Positions 28,601 to 38,022 of a DNA stretch of 64,000 nt are shown piece by piece (the first letter of the stretch is position 1; every line of letters begins with the position of its first letter). The notes beneath the pieces were generated by a model. It was given only the letters and a program-made list of their open reading frames with translations, ran no database searches and was not told where the DNA came from. A program made the position numbers and the translations under genes. Source of the stretch: a virus; the IMG/VR virus record IMGVR_UViG_3300037585_001448, positions 1 to 64,000 of that record. One strand, written 5' to 3'.

Positions 28601-31600
28601 CCTTCGTTTCCAAACCCAAGAACCTTCGGGACAGCCACCCCCCTCTTGCTCCTCCAGAGCCTCCCCTGATTGCCTCTCAGTTCTCCCGGCACCGTCGGCG
28701 TCCTCTTAGCCGAACCGCCGCTCGTGTACCCACCCCCTACAATGTCTGCGGCCCGAACCGCCCCATCGGCACCCAAGTTTCCGTCAGCAACGCTGGCTAT
28801 CTCCAACCCGTAATACGACCCAACATCCAGCGGTCTATTGGCTAAGCGAGTAAGCCCAGCCATACCGTAAAAGTGGTGTCGATTAAAATCACTGGTAAAT
28901 TCGTTCACCATGTCTGGGATAACCTCAGCCCAACCGCTCAGAGTATCTCCAAGCCCGGCCCCACTGGCGATAATTTCTTCGATGGCGTCCCTGATGGGGC
29001 CAGCAGGCGGCAACACTAGATCACCGTTGGCAATAAGATCATTTATCGGCGCATTCGCGGCGTTCGGTCGTTGTGCAAGCAGGTCTTGAGCAGCCCGGAT
29101 AAACGTTTTAGATTCGGCACTCAGCCCGGGAGTCTCCCAAACAGTTTGCAAATTGCCATCAGCATCAGGCAGACGCCACGCTTGAAACGGTTCGAACAGT
29201 CCGTTCGCCCCGCCCTCCACCACACGATTCCCAGCCCCGTCGCTTCTCCCAAAGATGTACGAGTCCACCATGTCTCCACGATCCGTACTCCCAGTCATTA
29301 TCGACCCTGCCCTGACTGGGACTTGAAGCCTGTCGGCCTCATACAAAATCATAGAATCCATGTACGCACCCAAAATGCGCTGTATTCTGGGCTGAAAATC
29401 GGAGACTTCAATCATTGTGCCAAGGACTCGCGCCGTATCGGAGCGGTTGAACGATCCAAACACCGTAAAGGTCACATCGAACCCGTCGTTCACATACCAC
29501 GTTGCAGTAAAACCTATGATTTCTTCAAACGGCAACCTGCCCGCTACAGCATCAACGCTTTCTCCCGTCACATCAGCCACCGCTTGAGCAACATCCCTAT
29601 GTACCGCTTGGAGTCCCCTCAAACTGCTAATCAGTTTTTCGCCGCGCTCCGCCCCTTCCGGGGTGCCCCCCATCCCGGCCCTGATCACCTCTTCGGTCGA
29701 CCGCAACTCACCACCCGGCGTTGCGGGTGGATACCACTTCTCATCCACGGGATGCCGCATCTGTTCCTCACTGAAACGATGCAAAGCACGGTTATTCCCA
29801 CCCTCAAAGCCCATGGAAGCAAACTCTGCGTTGACTTGGTCAAAGAAAGTCTGCGTGGGTACACTCTGGGTGCCAGCAGACAACGCTGTCGCCCGACGCA
29901 AAGCCTCAGCGGCAACAACCGTCTGATCATGCAACATCGCAGAATCCGACAAAGACGCAGCAAACGGCAACAAGTCAGTCTCCAAGAAATTCAGGCTCGC
30001 TTGGATGTCAGCATCCAAAGCCTGAAGCCCCGCAAGAAACGTCGGATCATCCACTGCCCCCGTAGTCGCATCCACGGTCCGGACCACCAGCCCCGTAGGC
30101 CCAGTTGTAGAGCCAATGTTTCGGATGTCCTTGCTCAACTTGGCGAACTTCGCTACCCCTTCGCTCAGCAGGCGGGCACGAACCATCACCGAATCCAAAT
30201 CCTCCAAGATGGGTGCCAACTGGCGGATCGCATCTATCGAAAACGCCACAGGGTTCGCACCCGGCGGTGCAGCAACCAGATCCTCAAACGGAATACCCGA
30301 GTTCAACCATCCAAGTGTCGTATCCGTCCCCGGCACACGCGGCGTAGTAGCCACCCGCCTGTACCCCAAAATGTCCTGCAAATCATCAACAATCGCAGTC
30401 ACCTCGTTAACCAAAAGTTGCGACTCAACACGCCCCTCATGCAACAAATTGGTCAACTCGTCTACACGGGCCTGCGCTTCAGGAAGATCAGCCCCATGAC
30501 GGGCCACCCACGCCTCAAGATTCTCAATCGTCTGCGCCCGCGCACCCGCCCCCACAGCCAGAATCGCATCAACAACAGCCTGAGCAGCAGCCTCATCATC
30601 CGTCAACCCCTGCAACGCCTCATTGCCAACCCGAACAGCGTCCTCCAAATCAGCCAACTCGCGGGCATACCCCCTATAGGTATCAGCGTTATAGATCAAA
30701 CCCTGCGAAGCCGCATACGACTCAATGGACCGCAACCGAATATCCGCAGCCAACGAATTGATATGAGCATTCTCGCGGGCCTCAAACCCCCGAACAAACA
30801 ACGACTCGCCCTCACCCAAGTGACCAGCCTCACGATACGCAGCCTCAATCTGCTCCGGAACAGACAACCCCTCCGGCTCAGTCGTAAGTTCACGGGCAGG
30901 ACGGCGACGCCTAGTCGCCAACTCCTCCGGCGTCAGATCACGCCGAATAACAGTAGACCGACCATCCGGCCCCTGACCCACCACACGCTGCTGCACATCG
31001 GCACGCTGAGGATTACTACGCCTCAACAAACGACGCACACTCCCCGACCCATCCGCTCTAGGGACCACCAACTCAGTGCCATCACCAAACGTGCCATCGG
31101 CACGGGTACCCGCAGGCCGCATGTTGCGGCGGCGAAGCCGCCCCGAAGTAGCCCGACGACGCACCTCATCCATAGTCTGAGCGTCCGGCAACACCTCTTC
31201 AAACTCGCGGGAAACCCCCTCCATCCACGGCGGCAAACCACCACCATGCGCCCCCCGAACAATCTCCAAACCATCAGGAGTCCAAATCTCCGGCGTGTAC
31301 CCCCCAAAGTCCACCATCACATCATTCATGTCATTAACAAGTTGCCCCTCAGACCCATACAAATCGCCCCGAGACAAAAACTCTGAATCAGGAGTACGAA
31401 TCAACTCGTCATAACGCCGAACAACAAACAAGATCTGCTCATCCGACAACCCGGGGAAACGACCCCGCACCGCATCCATCACCTGCGGAGAAACAACACC
31501 ATCAGCGAAATCGTCCACCAACTCCGGCGACAACTCCGTCAAACGCCCCAACGTCTCATCATCCACGCGCCCAACATTCTGCTGAACCTCATTCAAGAAA

Positions 31601-32901
31601 ATCTTGCGCCGACGCATAGCGCTATCAGCCCAATACCCGCTCGTCATCGCACCACGGTTGTAACTGTTGCGTATAAAGTTACCGAGAATAATCTTGTCAG
31701 GATCCTTCGTGCGAAGAAGACTGTTAGCGACCTTCTTCCGATCACGACCCTTCTGCTTAAACGCAATATCCTCGTCCGTAGCGCCCCGACCCCGAGCCAA
31801 CGTGTCCAAATACTTTTTTTGCGGATCAACAAAGAAATCACGGAACGTCTGACCGAAACGAGAAGAAGCCACCTTCTCCCAACCGATACCCGGCGACGAC
31901 ATGATCGATGCCGTCACACCAGAAGCAATCGGAAACACACCAAACGGCAACACATCCACAGGCACATTCGCCGCACGCTGCAACACCTGCCTGAACTCTT
32001 CAGGGATCTGATCCAACGTTTCACGCTTCTGGGCCTTAAAGACCAGATCTGCCATATCGGCATCCGGACCCAACACCTTCGCCATGCGTTCCTGAACGAG
32101 CCGTGGAATCTGAGACGCACGCTTGCGTGCAATACCAGCAGAACCACGGGTCAGCCTGCCCAACACTGGGCCTGTTCCCGGGACACGGAACCTCAGCCCC
32201 GTTTCAATCCCAAGATCATCGATAAGTTTCTTGCCGACCTCGCCATGCTGTCGTGCCAGAACATTTCTGGCACGAGAAACACTGCCACCCTTGGCACCAG
32301 CAGCCACCACAGCATCCTGTGCAGCCCGCAACGTAGCCTGCTGAGTGGCATCCCTGACACCCAACTCCCCCAGATCCTTCACCAACGGTGCCAGATCGTC
32401 CACAAGCCCCTTAGCGCCCCTCGCACGGGCAAAAGCACCCAACCCCCCAGCCCAAGACAACGGATCCAGCAGAACGTCTCCAGCAAGCCCTACAGCCCTG
32501 TTACCCCACTTGCCCAGATTGATATCTTCATCATGGAGAAAGTCGCCAAACCCATAATGTGTACGCGCCTGCTCCGTGAAGTCGCCCCAACTGAAACCCT
32601 CACCGTCGAAAGCGTCCTTGATCTCCTTCACACCCGAAGTGAGAATCGCACGGGGCATATCGATTACACCCAGTGCTTTGCCTAGGAAACCGCCGAAACC
32701 CCCGCCACCCTGTTGGGCGCCCTGTTGGGCGGCACGGCCACCCGAGGCGGCGAGTGCCGCCGCCATGCCAGCACGGTCAATCCCCCCCACCCCCCTAGGG
32801 GTGGTAGGCAGCGTGGGCAGGCCCGTTGGCATGGCGGGTAGCCGGGTACCACGGTTCTCTACGGCCTTGAAGATGTCTTCAGGAGACAGCCGGACGACCA
32901 T
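25603..32901 (-). CDS. Large internal virion/DNA-ejection protein (2432 aa)
   Basis: N-terminal GLAGDVLLDPL; C-terminal FNYGGLS..VFPFYTWTRNNLP, typical of podovirus ejection proteins. Confidence 0.7.
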   Translation of the reverse strand: MVVRLSPEDIFKAVENRGTRLPAMPTGLPTLPTTPRGVGGIDRAGMAAALAASGGRAAQQGAQQGGGGFGGFLGKALGVIDMPRAILTSGVKEIKDAFDGEGFSWGDFTEQARTHYGFGDFLHDEDINLGKWGNRAVGLAGDVLLDPLSWAGGLGAFARARGAKGLVDDLAPLVKDLGELGVRDATQQATLRAAQDAVVAAGAKGGSVSRARNVLARQHGEVGKKLIDDLGIETGLRFRVPGTGPVLGRLTRGSAGIARKRASQIPRLVQERMAKVLGPDADMADLVFKAQKRETLDQIPEEFRQVLQRAANVPVDVLPFGVFPIASGVTASIMSSPGIGWEKVASSRFGQTFRDFFVDPQKKYLDTLARGRGATDEDIAFKQKGRDRKKVANSLLRTKDPDKIILGNFIRNSYNRGAMTSGYWADSAMRRRKIFLNEVQQNVGRVDDETLGRLTELSPELVDDFADGVVSPQVMDAVRGRFPGLSDEQILFVVRRYDELIRTPDSEFLSRGDLYGSEGQLVNDMNDVMVDFGGYTPEIWTPDGLEIVRGAHGGGLPPWMEGVSREFEEVLPDAQTMDEVRRRATSGRLRRRNMRPAGTRADGTFGDGTELVVPRADGSGSVRRLLRRSNPQRADVQQRVVGQGPDGRSTVIRRDLTPEELATRRRRPARELTTEPEGLSVPEQIEAAYREAGHLGEGESLFVRGFEARENAHINSLAADIRLRSIESYAASQGLIYNADTYRGYARELADLEDAVRVGNEALQGLTDDEAAAQAVVDAILAVGAGARAQTIENLEAWVARHGADLPEAQARVDELTNLLHEGRVESQLLVNEVTAIVDDLQDILGYRRVATTPRVPGTDTTLGWLNSGIPFEDLVAAPPGANPVAFSIDAIRQLAPILEDLDSVMVRARLLSEGVAKFAKLSKDIRNIGSTTGPTGLVVRTVDATTGAVDDPTFLAGLQALDADIQASLNFLETDLLPFAASLSDSAMLHDQTVVAAEALRRATALSAGTQSVPTQTFFDQVNAEFASMGFEGGNNRALHRFSEEQMRHPVDEKWYPPATPGGELRSTEEVIRAGMGGTPEGAERGEKLISSLRGLQAVHRDVAQAVADVTGESVDAVAGRLPFEEIIGFTATWYVNDGFDVTFTVFGSFNRSDTARVLGTMIEVSDFQPRIQRILGAYMDSMILYEADRLQVPVRAGSIMTGSTDRGDMVDSYIFGRSDGAGNRVVEGGANGLFEPFQAWRLPDADGNLQTVWETPGLSAESKTFIRAAQDLLAQRPNAANAPINDLIANGDLVLPPAGPIRDAIEEIIASGAGLGDTLSGWAEVIPDMVNEFTSDFNRHHFYGMAGLTRLANRPLDVGSYYGLEIASVADGNLGADGAVRAADIVGGGYTSGGSAKRTPTVPGELRGNQGRLWRSKRGVAVPKVLGFGNEGGMRVGPTPLSAASGDAAARQVALLTELGDLENILNVNYLSNLLPDALRSETSGTSMESLIAHAKHVREGLAATAEQTWGTAGLQRYMPFLGREPFPVPSAVGDPSGLSPRIDLPEMRARLEDLQISLEDQISGGPSSAQADDFAMEVAGIPTDAGTLRSFAAGFDDLDPQYVLDDLMTRVDDTISNIAYAADTGSGRTAGLSPLNDFWRAFRDLRNAARWTPAAGGYTPGDTFIGLAGSDQFAALVDDATWDAAIAEYRANGQRLGLFDEEDRYPLSLLETNNPQLRANIDADVSDPGLRDLLNEYALVRVGDRVYNPAAAEAGGATYTAPIPEQVANVIRDALDTGVGVRSNEYWNAIQSVLDNWGVPNGAFERGELIEWGYLVQQYDNLRAGKVNQASFMAEERLYGAFDKAILDTSDEINRLNTQIRSSDPAARAASQGRLDARRETLAKKELLVQNIQLQRLEVEQKILLAEQQRNNLANKVGNMLGAANGKPFNLNSFGGQFDLSGVTASQLQDLFNAGGKQMWGSGAMDEWLVAGNAEFADEFTYAMLAAQKMDDRVEVGNFLKAYDKAHNWLKAQMVATPGFVARNVFGGMANMWFADIPLTEVPRTFRLIDKAYKAGNGDLAAGFRKLVADNPGNVEYANALELVQLGVHGGGQAASVVDVNLGRTSRMDWVWGSKENSKYSGRIRMNPMDAGFFMFAGVRHANTFAEEAMRLGTGLYMRRVGGSVDDALEMTYKLHFNYGGLSEAERRFGKRVFPFYTWTRNNLPLQMSFLANSPGKFNRLMSLRRNIELGEEREGTVPDYFMEGFGLQLPFSIGGAQAYSQPDFPLQDLFKFDPTQRGYGKVMEQMFSSTTPFLKTPIEYWAGKRVFEGIPFREEYVPVPAATRMIPGLMQAAQALGWAKKNSKGEWMMYDNRLAVLDNMMPFVGRLRRVIPEDEKTQSRWIQSVMSMFGGVSLRLNTPREQRNERVRRRVEREMTRQDRLDLERPRR

Positions 32902-32906
32902 CGGAT

Positions 32907-35525
32907 TTACTTACCCCATCCGGGTTTCCCGTTGGCTTTCAGCATCCCGAACGTATTGCCACGGCTATGTTGGAACAGAATGTATTCTTCCACAGTGGGA
33001 TAGTTGGCAGGCAAGATGTCCATCATGGCTTCCAACTCCACATCACCGTATTTGGTTCCTGCGCCCTCGTGCCCTGCAGGAACAGTGAAGGAGTCGCCCG
33101 ATTGGAAGAAGCGACCAACGGCTTTACCAGTAGCAGCCGCTGCATCACCAACAGCGCCCGAAACGCCTTCACCCCACTCAAAGTTGCCCGTCGTGCCTTT
33201 TTCACGCAGTCGCCTCATCTGCTCATTTTTGACGGACAGCGACGACCCTGCTTCTAGGCTCTCAGATTCCGACAAGTTCCCAGCCCCCGAATCGTACCCA
33301 CCAGTGGTGGTCCGGGTTTCCTCCAAGGCATCCACGGCAGCCTCCGCCAACGGCTCAGCAACCTCCTGCGAGGTGCCATCTTCCATAAACTGTTCGGTGT
33401 ACAGGAACGTCAACACTGGGCCGTAGCCCAAAGCAGCCAGAGCGTGTGCGTAACCTGTGTTGTCGGCGTTGATGTTGTTGTTATACATGTAGTCAGCGAC
33501 TTCCTGCATAATCGCAGCACCGCCCTCTACCGAACCAGCGTGCAGCGACAACTGTGTCCCCAAGTTGAAATCCTGATCGCCCAACTCGGCAATATCCATC
33601 GCCTGATCCCACGCAAACTGATCGTCAGCCAGATCAAACTTGTCTTCAAGCAACTTGAACTGGTTCTTCTCCAACTGGCGGTCTATCACCCCAGCAGCCT
33701 GATCGCCGCGGGCCTCCCACCAATCCAAATCCAGCCCCTTCTGGGCGAAGTCCAACTTGTCAGCAGCCATACCCTCAGTAGAAGCAATCTGGTCAGCGAA
33801 CTGTTGAGCCGACACCTGCTCCGCAGCAGTCAACCCCGTCGCCGTATCAAACCCGTACTGGCGCCCAGTCGACGGGTCGATACCCTGAGCAGCCAACGTC
33901 GCCGTCTGTCCAGCATCCAACCCAGTCGCAGTGTTAAAGCCGTACGGAAGACCAGTAGCCGGATCGATCCCCACATCAAACTGGCGGATCTGCTCAGCCA
34001 ACCTGTCAGTATCGACCGCCCGATCCAAACCGCCCTCACTGACAGTCAAAGCACGATCCAACGCAGCCTCACTGATACCAGTCGACAAGCCCGGAATATC
34101 CACCCCGGAAGCCAACCCGGCAGCAACAGCACGCGGATCCAAACCCAAGAACGGTGCCAAATCAGCGGCCTGCAACGCCTGCGAACGGGCATCATAATCG
34201 GCACCAATCCTGTCCGTCTCAGCGCCATAACCCAACTCGTTCGTACGGGACCGCAAATCCTGCTTGTACCCCCCGAAGATACCCTCACCCATAAACTTGC
34301 GGTCGGCATCAGCCATCTGAGAAACCAAACCCAGATCATCTAAATAGGCTCCACGCTCCTCAGCGCCCGCCATCGCAACAGCATCAGTCATATCCAACCT
34401 GTCACCAACCAACCCCGGGTTCACCCCGGCAGCCCGCAACTGCTCCTCCAAAGCCATACGGTCGTCGTACCGTTGCGCCCGCTGAGCATCACTCACATTG
34501 CGGAAATCGCTAGTAACAGCGTTCTGTGTGGAAAGAAAATCTTTCCACACGCGCTCAGTCTCAGTATCGTACAGTTCCTGCGCCGTCTTAATATCCAACA
34601 GACCACTGTTCAACATGCTTGTGATAGCGGTCTTGGTGTCGTCCAGTCTGGTTTGGGCGACATCGCGGGCGTTCTCACTTAACGTTTCAATAGTGCCTGC
34701 GGGGTCGCCCGGAGGAATGTAACCCGCTGGTGGAACATAGACGGGGTCATCCACAACAGTGTCATCCACAACGGTGTCATCTACGACGGTGTCATCTACG
34801 ACGGTATCGTCACCGCCACCCATGTCGCACGCGCCGTTTACCCAAGTTCCCCCACCCTCAACACACAACTGCTGGGGAGTTTTAGCAACACCCTTGACTT
34901 TAATCTTGCCGTCCACCCACTCGTACTTGCTCGTGGCCGCAGGCTCTCCCAAACCTCCTTGACCATCCCGCAACATCGTTGCGGCGTCCTCGCTTAAAAA
35001 CCCTGCAACGCTGCCATCCCCCATGGGATCCAGACCAAACTGGACACGAGCCTCGTCGCTACCCAACCCCTCCAACATCTTCAAATACTCGTTCGCATGC
35101 TGCTGCGGAGTCTTCTCCACAACAGGCAAATCATCTACTCCCGATGCTGCGTTGTTGGCGTCGTCAATAGCCTGCATCGCCGTAGCGTTTATATCACCCC
35201 ACTGGTACTGTGACCCCGTCGGGGCAGCCGTAGTTGCATTCGCTGCGCCACCCGGCGACTGATCAGGGAGAATCTTAAACGCCGCAGTACCATCCGGCTT
35301 CAATGTAACTGTGCCGTTGCCATGGGGCTTCAGCATCGCCTCCACGATCTGGCGTTGTGCATCAAACCCCGGAGTCACCGTGGGAAGCGGCTTCGCTTCG
35401 GAGCCTTGCGCCACAGACGCAAAGAACCGCGCCAACTCAGGCGAAATAACATCCTTCGTTTTCGTGGGAGTCCCCTGAGAATAACGGTTATTACCTTGAC
35501 CCGGATCGAAACCAAACCCACCCAT
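32907..35525 (-). CDS. Internal virion/ejection protein (872 aa)
   Basis: Acidic and helical, with DDTVV repeats; upstream of the large ejection protein. Confidence 0.55.
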   Translation of the reverse strand: MGGFGFDPGQGNNRYSQGTPTKTKDVISPELARFFASVAQGSEAKPLPTVTPGFDAQRQIVEAMLKPHGNGTVTLKPDGTAAFKILPDQSPGGAANATTAAPTGSQYQWGDINATAMQAIDDANNAASGVDDLPVVEKTPQQHANEYLKMLEGLGSDEARVQFGLDPMGDGSVAGFLSEDAATMLRDGQGGLGEPAATSKYEWVDGKIKVKGVAKTPQQLCVEGGGTWVNGACDMGGGDDTVVDDTVVDDTVVDDTVVDDPVYVPPAGYIPPGDPAGTIETLSENARDVAQTRLDDTKTAITSMLNSGLLDIKTAQELYDTETERVWKDFLSTQNAVTSDFRNVSDAQRAQRYDDRMALEEQLRAAGVNPGLVGDRLDMTDAVAMAGAEERGAYLDDLGLVSQMADADRKFMGEGIFGGYKQDLRSRTNELGYGAETDRIGADYDARSQALQAADLAPFLGLDPRAVAAGLASGVDIPGLSTGISEAALDRALTVSEGGLDRAVDTDRLAEQIRQFDVGIDPATGLPYGFNTATGLDAGQTATLAAQGIDPSTGRQYGFDTATGLTAAEQVSAQQFADQIASTEGMAADKLDFAQKGLDLDWWEARGDQAAGVIDRQLEKNQFKLLEDKFDLADDQFAWDQAMDIAELGDQDFNLGTQLSLHAGSVEGGAAIMQEVADYMYNNNINADNTGYAHALAALGYGPVLTFLYTEQFMEDGTSQEVAEPLAEAAVDALEETRTTTGGYDSGAGNLSESESLEAGSSLSVKNEQMRRLREKGTTGNFEWGEGVSGAVGDAAAATGKAVGRFFQSGDSFTVPAGHEGAGTKYGDVELEAMMDILPANYPTVEEYILFQHSRGNTFGMLKANGKPGWGK

Positions 35526-35956
35526 TACGCCATAGCCTCCCGAATCTCAGCCGCCCTCGCAGCACGAGACTCAGCCACCCCCAAAACATCCTCAAACCGC
35601 GACCCCTGATAACCCCCATAATCACCCAAACGCTGTACCGCCAAATTGAACATAGCCTGCTCCAAAGCGCCCCCACGCTCCGCACGACGGCGATCATAAT
35701 CCGCCCCCGCCTCCGCCAAAGCCAAATTGCGGATACCAGAATCCTGCAAACCACGACGAGCCATACCCGCCTCCAACTGGGGTACAGCCTTACTCCACTG
35801 CTTCGACATATCAAACTTGTCGCGGTTATACGACGTACGCGCCTGCTTCTGCCCCATAGAAGACTTAGCCAAAGCAGCAGCCAGACGCGACGAAGGAGAA
35901 GTCCCGTACGGATCCGCTATATTGTACTTTGGTGTCTGATACGGGTTGAACGCCAT
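35525..35956 (-). CDS. Small internal virion protein
   Basis: MARRGLQDSGI motif; synteny. Confidence 0.55.
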   Translation of the reverse strand: MAFNPYQTPKYNIADPYGTSPSSRLAAALAKSSMGQKQARTSYNRDKFDMSKQWSKAVPQLEAGMARRGLQDSGIRNLALAEAGADYDRRRAERGGALEQAMFNLAVQRLGDYGGYQGSRFEDVLGVAESRAARAAEIREAMA

Positions 35957-36339
35957 CAGCCGTAAACCTGACCTGCCAACAGCAACGTAGCCGTTTCCAC
36001 ATTCACATTCACAGTCACAGTACCCGACGCACCACCACCACTGATGGCTGTGCCAGCCGTCACACCCGTAATGTCACCAGTAGTAGGGGCCGTCCAAGTT
36101 AGCCCGCTCGCTGTAGTTGAATCGGCAGTAAGAACATACGTATTTATTCCCGCCGTCAACTTCGTCGCCGTATCGGCCCCTGTTCCAACGATCAGATCGC
36201 CCTTGGCGTCCGTGTCTACAGTAAGGGTCACGGCACCCGTTGAACCGCCACCCGCTAGACCCGACCCCGCCACGACATCCGTGATGTCGCCCGTCGAAAC
36301 CTGATCTACGACCCTTTGAGAAATCCGATTCAAACCCAT
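35956..36339 (-). CDS. Short tail fibre protein with two GDITxVxAG repeats
   Basis: Repeat also seen in phage B gene 40424-41185. Confidence 0.6.
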   Translation of the reverse strand: MGLNRISQRVVDQVSTGDITDVVAGSGLAGGGSTGAVTLTVDTDAKGDLIVGTGADTATKLTAGINTYVLTADSTTASGLTWTAPTTGDITGVTAGTAISGGGASGTVTVNVNVETATLLLAGQVYG

Positions 36340-36341
36340 TG

Positions 36342-36635
36342 TTACGCTCCAAAGTACGTTACGAAGATTGTGGAACTAGAACCACCAACACGAATAAACC
36401 TGATGACCGACAAATCGTCATTCACCAACTCAGCCGTGCTGTACGGATTCAAGTAATGACCAACAGACGTAGTGGGCGTACCCCACCTCATCCTGATCGC
36501 CTCAGCACCATTCGTAATCATTGCCGCCACAGCACCAGCAGGGATGGAAGCCAACCCGATAGATGCGTCAGCGACAGTCAAGGACTCGTCGCCCAGTTTG
36601 CTCCCCATCTCTGAGGCTGCCTGCCTAATAGCCAT
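36342..36635 (-). CDS. Small beta-rich structural protein
   Basis: AGGAG RBS; PTTSVGH motif. Confidence 0.5.
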   Translation of the reverse strand: MAIRQAASEMGSKLGDESLTVADASIGLASIPAGAVAAMITNGAEAIRMRWGTPTTSVGHYLNPYSTAELVNDDLSVIRFIRVGGSSSTIFVTYFGA

Positions 36636-36771
36636 AACTGCTCCTAACCGCCAAGCGCGGTTACTCGCGCTTCCAAATCGTCCAACTTCTCTTGAATCTT
36701 CCGCAACTCGTACTCAATGGGGCGAGCATTAGCGCCCTGCATCCGACGAGTAGGTTTGTACACGACCGTCA

Positions 36772-37122
36772 TCATTCCTCCCAGAAAGACTGCTCGTCCT
36801 GCATCAACAACACGCCCACAGAGGAAGCCACTCCAGCGATCAGTTCCTCCATTGCGTCCACACGGCTACACAGGTCTTCCATCGCTGCCAACCGTGTTTC
36901 TAAATCCCGAATGTCTTCCGAAACATCTTCCACTCGCGCATAAGCGTGCATATCCATCGAATCTTCAATGGATTCAACCGACTCTTCGAGGCGGTCGATG
37001 CGTGACACTGTGCGTGCAGACGACCATGTGATTGTTCCTGCGATGACCGCTACGGACAGGATGAGCCCGACCGCGATGGTCGGTATCTTTACCTGTCGGA
37101 TGTCGGTCGGCTCGTTCATCAC
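36772..37122 (-). CDS. Membrane-anchored coiled-coil protein
   Basis: One N-terminal TM helix followed by heptad repeats. Confidence 0.55.
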   Translation of the reverse strand: MMNEPTDIRQVKIPTIAVGLILSVAVIAGTITWSSARTVSRIDRLEESVESIEDSMDMHAYARVEDVSEDIRDLETRLAAMEDLCSRVDAMEELIAGVASSVGVLLMQDEQSFWEE

Positions 37123-37445
37123 TCAGCAGCGAGCCTTGCCGCCTCAGCAGCATCCCAAGCAGCCTGTGTTGGTGGGTCCATCGGCCACACAACCTCAGAC
37201 ACACGCGAATACGTCGCAGGTAGATCCCGCAACGACTGGCGGTACGCAGCCCACTCCTCAGCGGTGTGGTCACCTAACGCGGCGTCAGCCAACTGTGTCC
37301 AGTCTGCTGCTGCCAGCATCCCGTTGCGTTGCGATCTGACCATGTTCATGTCCAGATCGGCAGCCTCAGCCCGCGCATCCAGTTCCGCTTCTTCTTCCGC
37401 GGTCAGGTCGTAGTAGACCCCGTTGACAACCTTCTGTCTTGCCAT
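37119..37445 (-). CDS. Tail fibre assembly chaperone
   Basis: RSQRNGML..DWTQLADA..WAAYRQSLRDLP..WP. Confidence 0.85.
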   Translation of the reverse strand: MARQKVVNGVYYDLTAEEEAELDARAEAADLDMNMVRSQRNGMLAAADWTQLADAALGDHTAEEWAAYRQSLRDLPATYSRVSEVVWPMDPPTQAAWDAAEAARLAAE

Positions 37446-37447
37446 TT

Positions 37448-37978
37448 CTATGCTCCTGTTACTCCGTAGAGGGTGAACGATGAATACTGCATCAGGTCGC
37501 CGTTTTGCGGGTCGATAGTGATTGAGGTGATCGCAGCGGTGCTAGACCACAACCCCGCCCCTATGCCCATTGTCCAATAACCGTTTGTGGTGGTAGCCCC
37601 TTCGGTGACGAACCCTGCTACTACCTGCTTGAAGTTCGCCGTGTTCGCATAGTTCGGAATCCAAATGCTTGCGTTACCGAAGGTGTCAGCAGTTGACCCA
37701 TCGGCGTTTATGAGAAGAACGCGATCCAAACCATCAGCACCCGACGTTCGCCACGACCCTGCGGAAGCCTGCCCATAGACTCCCGTTGACGAATAGTTGG
37801 TACCCGTATCGCCGTTGAACTGGACATCCACATAGTCGTACCAGTTGCTTGTACCCAGCGAGGAGCGGGCCGAGATGGTCAAATACAGGTGGTCGTAGGA
37901 CGACGGGATGGTTGCCGAAGTCCATGACGCTGCAGCGCCTGTGAGTTCTTCGTGGTCGATAACAGTGAAAGCAGCCAT
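37448..37978 (-). CDS. Tail-tip/receptor-binding protein (cassette gene 5; contains the A/B junction)
   Basis: Same motif family as 172-678; its 5' end is also present at 1-172. Confidence 0.65.
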   Translation of the reverse strand: MAAFTVIDHEELTGAAASWTSATIPSSYDHLYLTISARSSLGTSNWYDYVDVQFNGDTGTNYSSTGVYGQASAGSWRTSGADGLDRVLLINADGSTADTFGNASIWIPNYANTANFKQVVAGFVTEGATTTNGYWTMGIGAGLWSSTAAITSITIDPQNGDLMQYSSFTLYGVTGA

Positions 37979-38022
37979 CAGGAACTATTCAATCCGTAGA
38001 GGGTGAACTCAGAACCACGCAG
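37807..38022 (+). repeat. Direct repeat copy 2
   Basis: Matches 1-216. Confidence 0.95.

Larger units (their letters stand above)
1..37806. mobile_element. Phage A: apparently complete, circularly permuted ~37.8 kb podovirus-like genome
   Basis: Full packaging, head, tail-tubular, ejection, lysis and replication gene set. Bases 1-127 recur exactly at 37807-37933, closing the circle. No tape measure gene. Confidence 0.85.

Noticed and set aside
29071-31386. 771-aa plus-strand ORF (and many similar antisense ORFs)
   Set aside because: Shadow of the 2432-aa gene. Strand skew depletes stop codons, and the R/P/Q/H-rich translation has no motif.
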